A stretch of 64,000 bases of DNA from contig JBBRLQ010000001.1 in NCBI GenBank assembly GCA_038231275.1, forward strand, positions 224,001 to 288,000, in the 5' to 3' direction. This stretch comes from Polyangiales bacterium. GTDB taxonomy: Bacteria > Myxococcota_A > Polyangia > Polyangiales > Polyangiaceae. Numbering within the stretch: position 1 is the stretch's first letter; the number at the start of each line of letters is the position of its first letter. Made by a program: the position numbers and the translations under genes. Positions 60,272 to 64,000 of the stretch are shown here, piece after piece. The notes under the pieces were generated by a model that saw only the letters and a list, made by a program, of their open reading frames with translations, was not told the origin of the DNA and ran no database searches.

Positions 60272-61459
60272 ATGCGCGCCTCGTGGGCAATTCCGGTCGC
60301 CGTCCTGGTTTCGTGCGCGACCAAGGGGAACGGCGCGGCCTCGCTTCATGGACCGGACACGACCGCGCCGTCCGCGTGCTCCGGCGCGACGCTTCGTCCG
60401 TTCGCGGCTCCGAGCGATCCCGGCCCGCTCGGGCTGACCGTGACCCTGAGCGGTGAAGCGCTCGCGACCGGGGGGTATCCGTTCACGCCAGGCTCCTCGA
60501 AGGCCCAAGATCCGGCATTCGTCGACGGATGGGCGCTCACGTTCGAGCACGTCCTCGTGTCGGTGGATCGCATCACGTTGTCGAACGCGCCCGATGGCGA
60601 TCCGAACGACGAGCGCGTGACCGGGGATGTGGTCCGCACGGCGAGCGGCCCGTGGGCCTGCGATCTCGCGCGACCGTCTTCGCGCGCCGTGACGGGAAAA
60701 GGCGGCGCGCCAGAGAAGGCCGACCCGATCGCGTCGTTCGCGGGCCTCGACGCGGAGACGAAGTACGCGCTCTCCTTCGAGACGGTGCCCGCGCAGGCCT
60801 GCGCGATGGACGTGAACCTCGACGACCCGACGCGCGCGCTCTGGGCGGGAATGGTCGCCGCCGGGCAATCGGTCTTGTTCGTCGGCACCGCGACGTACCA
60901 AGGCGACAGCGCCTGCACGAAGTACGGCGACCACGATTTCTCGTCCTTGCCGAAGACGGTGCGCTTCTCGCTCGGCTTCGCGAGCCCTACCGCGTTCGTG
61001 AACTGCCAGAACCCGGACCTCGAAGGGCCGCCCGATAGTGCATTCGAAGAGGCGCCGCGCGGGGTGCAGGCGAAGGAGGGAGCGGCCGCGATCGCGCAGC
61101 TCACGTTCCACACCGATCACCTCTTCTGGGATCGCCTCACGCATGATCGGCCACTGCACTTCGATCCCTTCGCGGCCGCAGCCGTGGCCGATGGGACGAA
61201 CCCGCCGATCGTCACATCCGACGCGCTCGCCTCGCAGGACACCAACGGCTTCCATCGGCCCGGTGGTGCGCCGTTGGCCCCGCGATCGTGCGTGCCCGAC
61301 TTCACGCCGACGCCCGGCGCGCAGCTGCGCTTCGATCCCGCGGGCGTCGCGCCGCTGCCGACGTTCCTCGAGTACGCGCGCTACTCCGAGAGCACGATGG
61401 GGCACTTGAACGCCGACGGTTTGTGCGCCGTCGTTCGTCGCTATCCATCGCCGCGGTGA
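60272..61459 (+). CDS. Hypothetical lipoprotein
   Basis: Lipobox LVSC; beta-rich, Cys pairs, HTDH motif. Confidence 0.65.
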   Translation: MRASWAIPVAVLVSCATKGNGAASLHGPDTTAPSACSGATLRPFAAPSDPGPLGLTVTLSGEALATGGYPFTPGSSKAQDPAFVDGWALTFEHVLVSVDRITLSNAPDGDPNDERVTGDVVRTASGPWACDLARPSSRAVTGKGGAPEKADPIASFAGLDAETKYALSFETVPAQACAMDVNLDDPTRALWAGMVAAGQSVLFVGTATYQGDSACTKYGDHDFSSLPKTVRFSLGFASPTAFVNCQNPDLEGPPDSAFEEAPRGVQAKEGAAAIAQLTFHTDHLFWDRLTHDRPLHFDPFAAAAVADGTNPPIVTSDALASQDTNGFHRPGGAPLAPRSCVPDFTPTPGAQLRFDPAGVAPLPTFLEYARYSESTMGHLNADGLCAVVRRYPSPR

Positions 61460-61461
61460 GT

Positions 61462-61526
61462 GGAGCGAAGCGCAGCGGAGCGAAACGCTCCTGACGGGAA
61501 GGCGTGACCGCTTTTTCCGGTCAGGC
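61462..61526. terminator. Hairpins between convergent genes (possible terminator)
   Basis: GGAGCG-AAA-CGCTCC (61477-61491) and an imperfect CCTGAC...GTCAGG stem. Confidence 0.35.
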
Positions 61527-61535
61527 CTTCGAGCG

Positions 61536-64000
61536 TCACGGCAAGACGACGACGTCCCAACGCATGCGACGCGCGGGGCCCCCTTCGTGGTGGAGCGTGA
61601 GGCCACCAACCACGGCGTCGGCCTGTGCGGCGCTCGCGACGTTGACGCGGACGCGCGCACCGACGGGCAGCGCGTCGATTCGGCCGCAGTTGGAGCACGC
61701 GGCGAGAGCGGTCTCGTCGACCTGCGCGAAGCCCGTGGGCAGCGTGGACGCGACGCCGCCGGCACGAACGGTGAAGGTGGTTCCGTCGACGAGCGTAATG
61801 GTCGCCGTGGCGGTTCGCGGATCGATCGCCGCGCGGACGTCGAGCACGTCGTTGACCTTCGCCATCGTCACGACGGTCGGCTCGGTCGCCGGCGCGAGCG
61901 TCTCGACCGTGGGATCCAGCATCGGCACGATTCCTCCGCTCCTCAAGTAGAGAGGCAACACGGAGAGGGGGGCGTCGCGCGTCACGTCGGCGCTGCCATT
62001 CACCTGCGCGAGCGTCCACCAATCGACCCAGGTGCCCGGCGGCATCCAGAACGTGCGCGTCGTCTGCCCGCGACGCACGACCGGCGCGACGTAGAGCGAC
62101 GGCCCGAAGTAGTACTCGAGGTCGACGCCATAGGCGCGCGCCTCGGTCGGGTGCGCGAGGAACGGATGGCGCATCACGGGGATACCCGTTTCGACCGCGG
62201 CCTTCGCAGCCGAATACAGGTACGGGAAGAGGCGCGTGTGCAGACGCGCGTAGTCGCCGTAAACCTGGATCGTCTCGTCGTCGTCCCACAGCTCCCATTT
62301 TTTCTGCGACGTCGTCCCCGAGCACGCGTTCTCGTGGTGCATGTCCGACGAGAGCGCGCCGAACTCGACCCAGCGGAGGTACACCTCCTTGTTGCCGGGC
62401 GGATCGTTGAGGCACGTGTACCCGCCGATGTCGCTTCCCCAGAACGGGATCCCGCTCATGCCCGCGTTGACGCCGGCGCGCACCTGCGCGGGGAGGCCCT
62501 TCGCGTCGTCGAAGCTCGCCGCAGGATCTCCCGACCAGTGAACCGGAATGTACGCCTGCGTGCCGGTGTACCCGGAACGTGCAAAATACATGAAGTCGTC
62601 ACCGCGGACCTTCTTCATGTAGTCCCACGTGGCCTTCTGGTACTGCACCGGGAAGAGGTTGTGCTCCTCCCAGCCGAGGCGACCGTCGAAGCTCTTCGCG
62701 TTCGGCGGCACGTACTCGCCGAAGTCGAGCATCCAGCCGTCGTAGCCGAGATCGAGCGCGCGCTGGAGGAGCGTGCCGAACCACGTGACCGCGCCGGGGT
62801 TGGTCATGTCGATCGTCGCGACCGTCTGAGGGCCCGCGCTGATCATGAAGACGTCGGCTTCGCTGCCGTCTTGCCGCTTCAGGAAATAGTTGGAGCTGCG
62901 TCCTTGCGCCGCGTCGGCGGCGGCGCGCGCGTCCGTGACCGAGACGTACGCGTTGTAATAGCCAATCGCCTTGAAGCCCCACGCGTGGAGGCGGCCCACC
63001 CAGTCTTTCAGCTCCGCTTCGCGCCCGACCTGCGAGCCGATGGGGAGAAAATGCGTCGCGTCGTCGGCGGCGGTGGTCGGGACGTGGCGCGTGCGGAGGA
63101 GCTCCATCTCGGAGACGCCGTTGATGAGCGCGTTGGTGTCCATGCGGCGGCGCGGCCCGAAGACCCACGGCGCGGGGAGCGACGCGCGGCCGGTTTTCTT
63201 CGTAAAATCGGCGATGGCGTCGACGGGCGCGTCGTGGACGAAGAGCGAGAGGTGGACGGCGGGCTCGGCGGCGTAGAGGCGCCACGCGTCCGGTCGCTCG
63301 GCGCCGAACGACGTGCCGGTGCGAAAGCCCGTATCGAGCCACACCGAATACCCGCGCGACGACAAGAAGAACGGAATCGGCGCGTGCGACATCTGCGGGC
63401 CGTTCGGCGAGGGGTTGTTCGGCCCCGGCGAGGTGGCTTCTCCTTGCGGGATGCCTCCCTCTTCGACCCACGACTCGTACGTGCGCCCGCGGTGATCTAC
63501 GGTCACGAGGCGCTCGCCGAGGCCGAAGAAGTGCTCGTCCGCCGGGAGATCGAAGCCCATCGTCGCGAGGTTGATTCCAGGAAGTGCCTCGTCGCCGTCG
63601 ATCGGCGCGGACGTGCCGTCCAGCTTCGCGTCGAGGCGCAGCTCCGCGCCGTCGAGCTTCACCTCGAGGTGCGCGTGCACGCCACCGCCATCGAGCTCGA
63701 CGCTGGCCGTCGTCGCGCTCGAGATCATCGTCGAGACGTGATCGAGGTGCGCGAAGACGCCGTCGGTCTGGTCCTGGTAGTCGAACCCCTCCAGGATGTG
63801 CGGTCGGTACGCGACGCTGCGGTGGGTCGCGCCGAGGCCCGAGTAGCTCCCGTCGCGCGATTTCACCGACGACACGAGCACCGTTCCCGCCGGGTTCGTC
63901 ACGGTCACGCCGAACGGCTGCGTGTCGATGCGCACGGTCATGCGATCGTTCGTGAGCGTGACGGGCGGAGGTGACGCGGCCTCGTGGGTGCTCTTGCAGT
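61536..64000 (-). CDS. Glycoside hydrolase family 31 (5' end outside window)
   Basis: FFGLGE, IDMTNP, GWMLDFGE, WSGD, GSDIGGY, PVMRH; frame open to the window edge. Confidence 0.9.
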   Translation of the reverse strand, partial: CKSTHEAASPPPVTLTNDRMTVRIDTQPFGVTVTNPAGTVLVSSVKSRDGSYSGLGATHRSVAYRPHILEGFDYQDQTDGVFAHLDHVSTMISSATTASVELDGGGVHAHLEVKLDGAELRLDAKLDGTSAPIDGDEALPGINLATMGFDLPADEHFFGLGERLVTVDHRGRTYESWVEEGGIPQGEATSPGPNNPSPNGPQMSHAPIPFFLSSRGYSVWLDTGFRTGTSFGAERPDAWRLYAAEPAVHLSLFVHDAPVDAIADFTKKTGRASLPAPWVFGPRRRMDTNALINGVSEMELLRTRHVPTTAADDATHFLPIGSQVGREAELKDWVGRLHAWGFKAIGYYNAYVSVTDARAAADAAQGRSSNYFLKRQDGSEADVFMISAGPQTVATIDMTNPGAVTWFGTLLQRALDLGYDGWMLDFGEYVPPNAKSFDGRLGWEEHNLFPVQYQKATWDYMKKVRGDDFMYFARSGYTGTQAYIPVHWSGDPAASFDDAKGLPAQVRAGVNAGMSGIPFWGSDIGGYTCLNDPPGNKEVYLRWVEFGALSSDMHHENACSGTTSQKKWELWDDDETIQVYGDYARLHTRLFPYLYSAAKAAVETGIPVMRHPFLAHPTEARAYGVDLEYYFGPSLYVAPVVRRGQTTRTFWMPPGTWVDWWTLAQVNGSADVTRDAPLSVLPLYLRSGGIVPMLDPTVETLAPATEPTVVTMAKVNDVLDVRAAIDPRTATATITLVDGTTFTVRAGGVASTLPTGFAQVDETALAACSNCGRIDALPVGARVRVNVASAAQADAVVGGLTLHHEGGPARRMRWDVVVLP

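Overview
High-GC chromosomal window, most likely from a Myxococcota (Polyangia/Sorangiineae-like) bacterium. This is inferred from three eukaryotic-like Ser/Thr kinases, a MYXO-CTERM-like tail, many Cys-rich lipoproteins and an RpoH-type sigma factor. I call about 50 densely packed CDSs. Housekeeping genes include coaX, queE, fbp, fbaB, a leucine-type dehydrogenase and yjbQ. There is also a GldAFG/DUF4340 ABC cluster, peptidases (S41, two S9, one aspartyl) and many secreted hypotheticals. I recognised no rRNA, tRNA, CRISPR array, transposase or phage gene. Most notable: (1) a radical SAM protein with the motif layout of archaeal tetraether synthase (Tes/MJ0619), a candidate bacterial membrane-spanning lipid synthase; (2) a ~100-nt three-way-junction RNA-like structure just upstream of a TonB-dependent receptor; (3) a compound operator (two different palindrome pairs) between divergent fbp and fbaB; (4) a DUF218-HEAT-cyclophilin fusion; (5) a recurring TANNNT-N6-9-start signature suggesting leaderless transcription. 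All family calls come from motifs read by eye; no database search or folding program was run.
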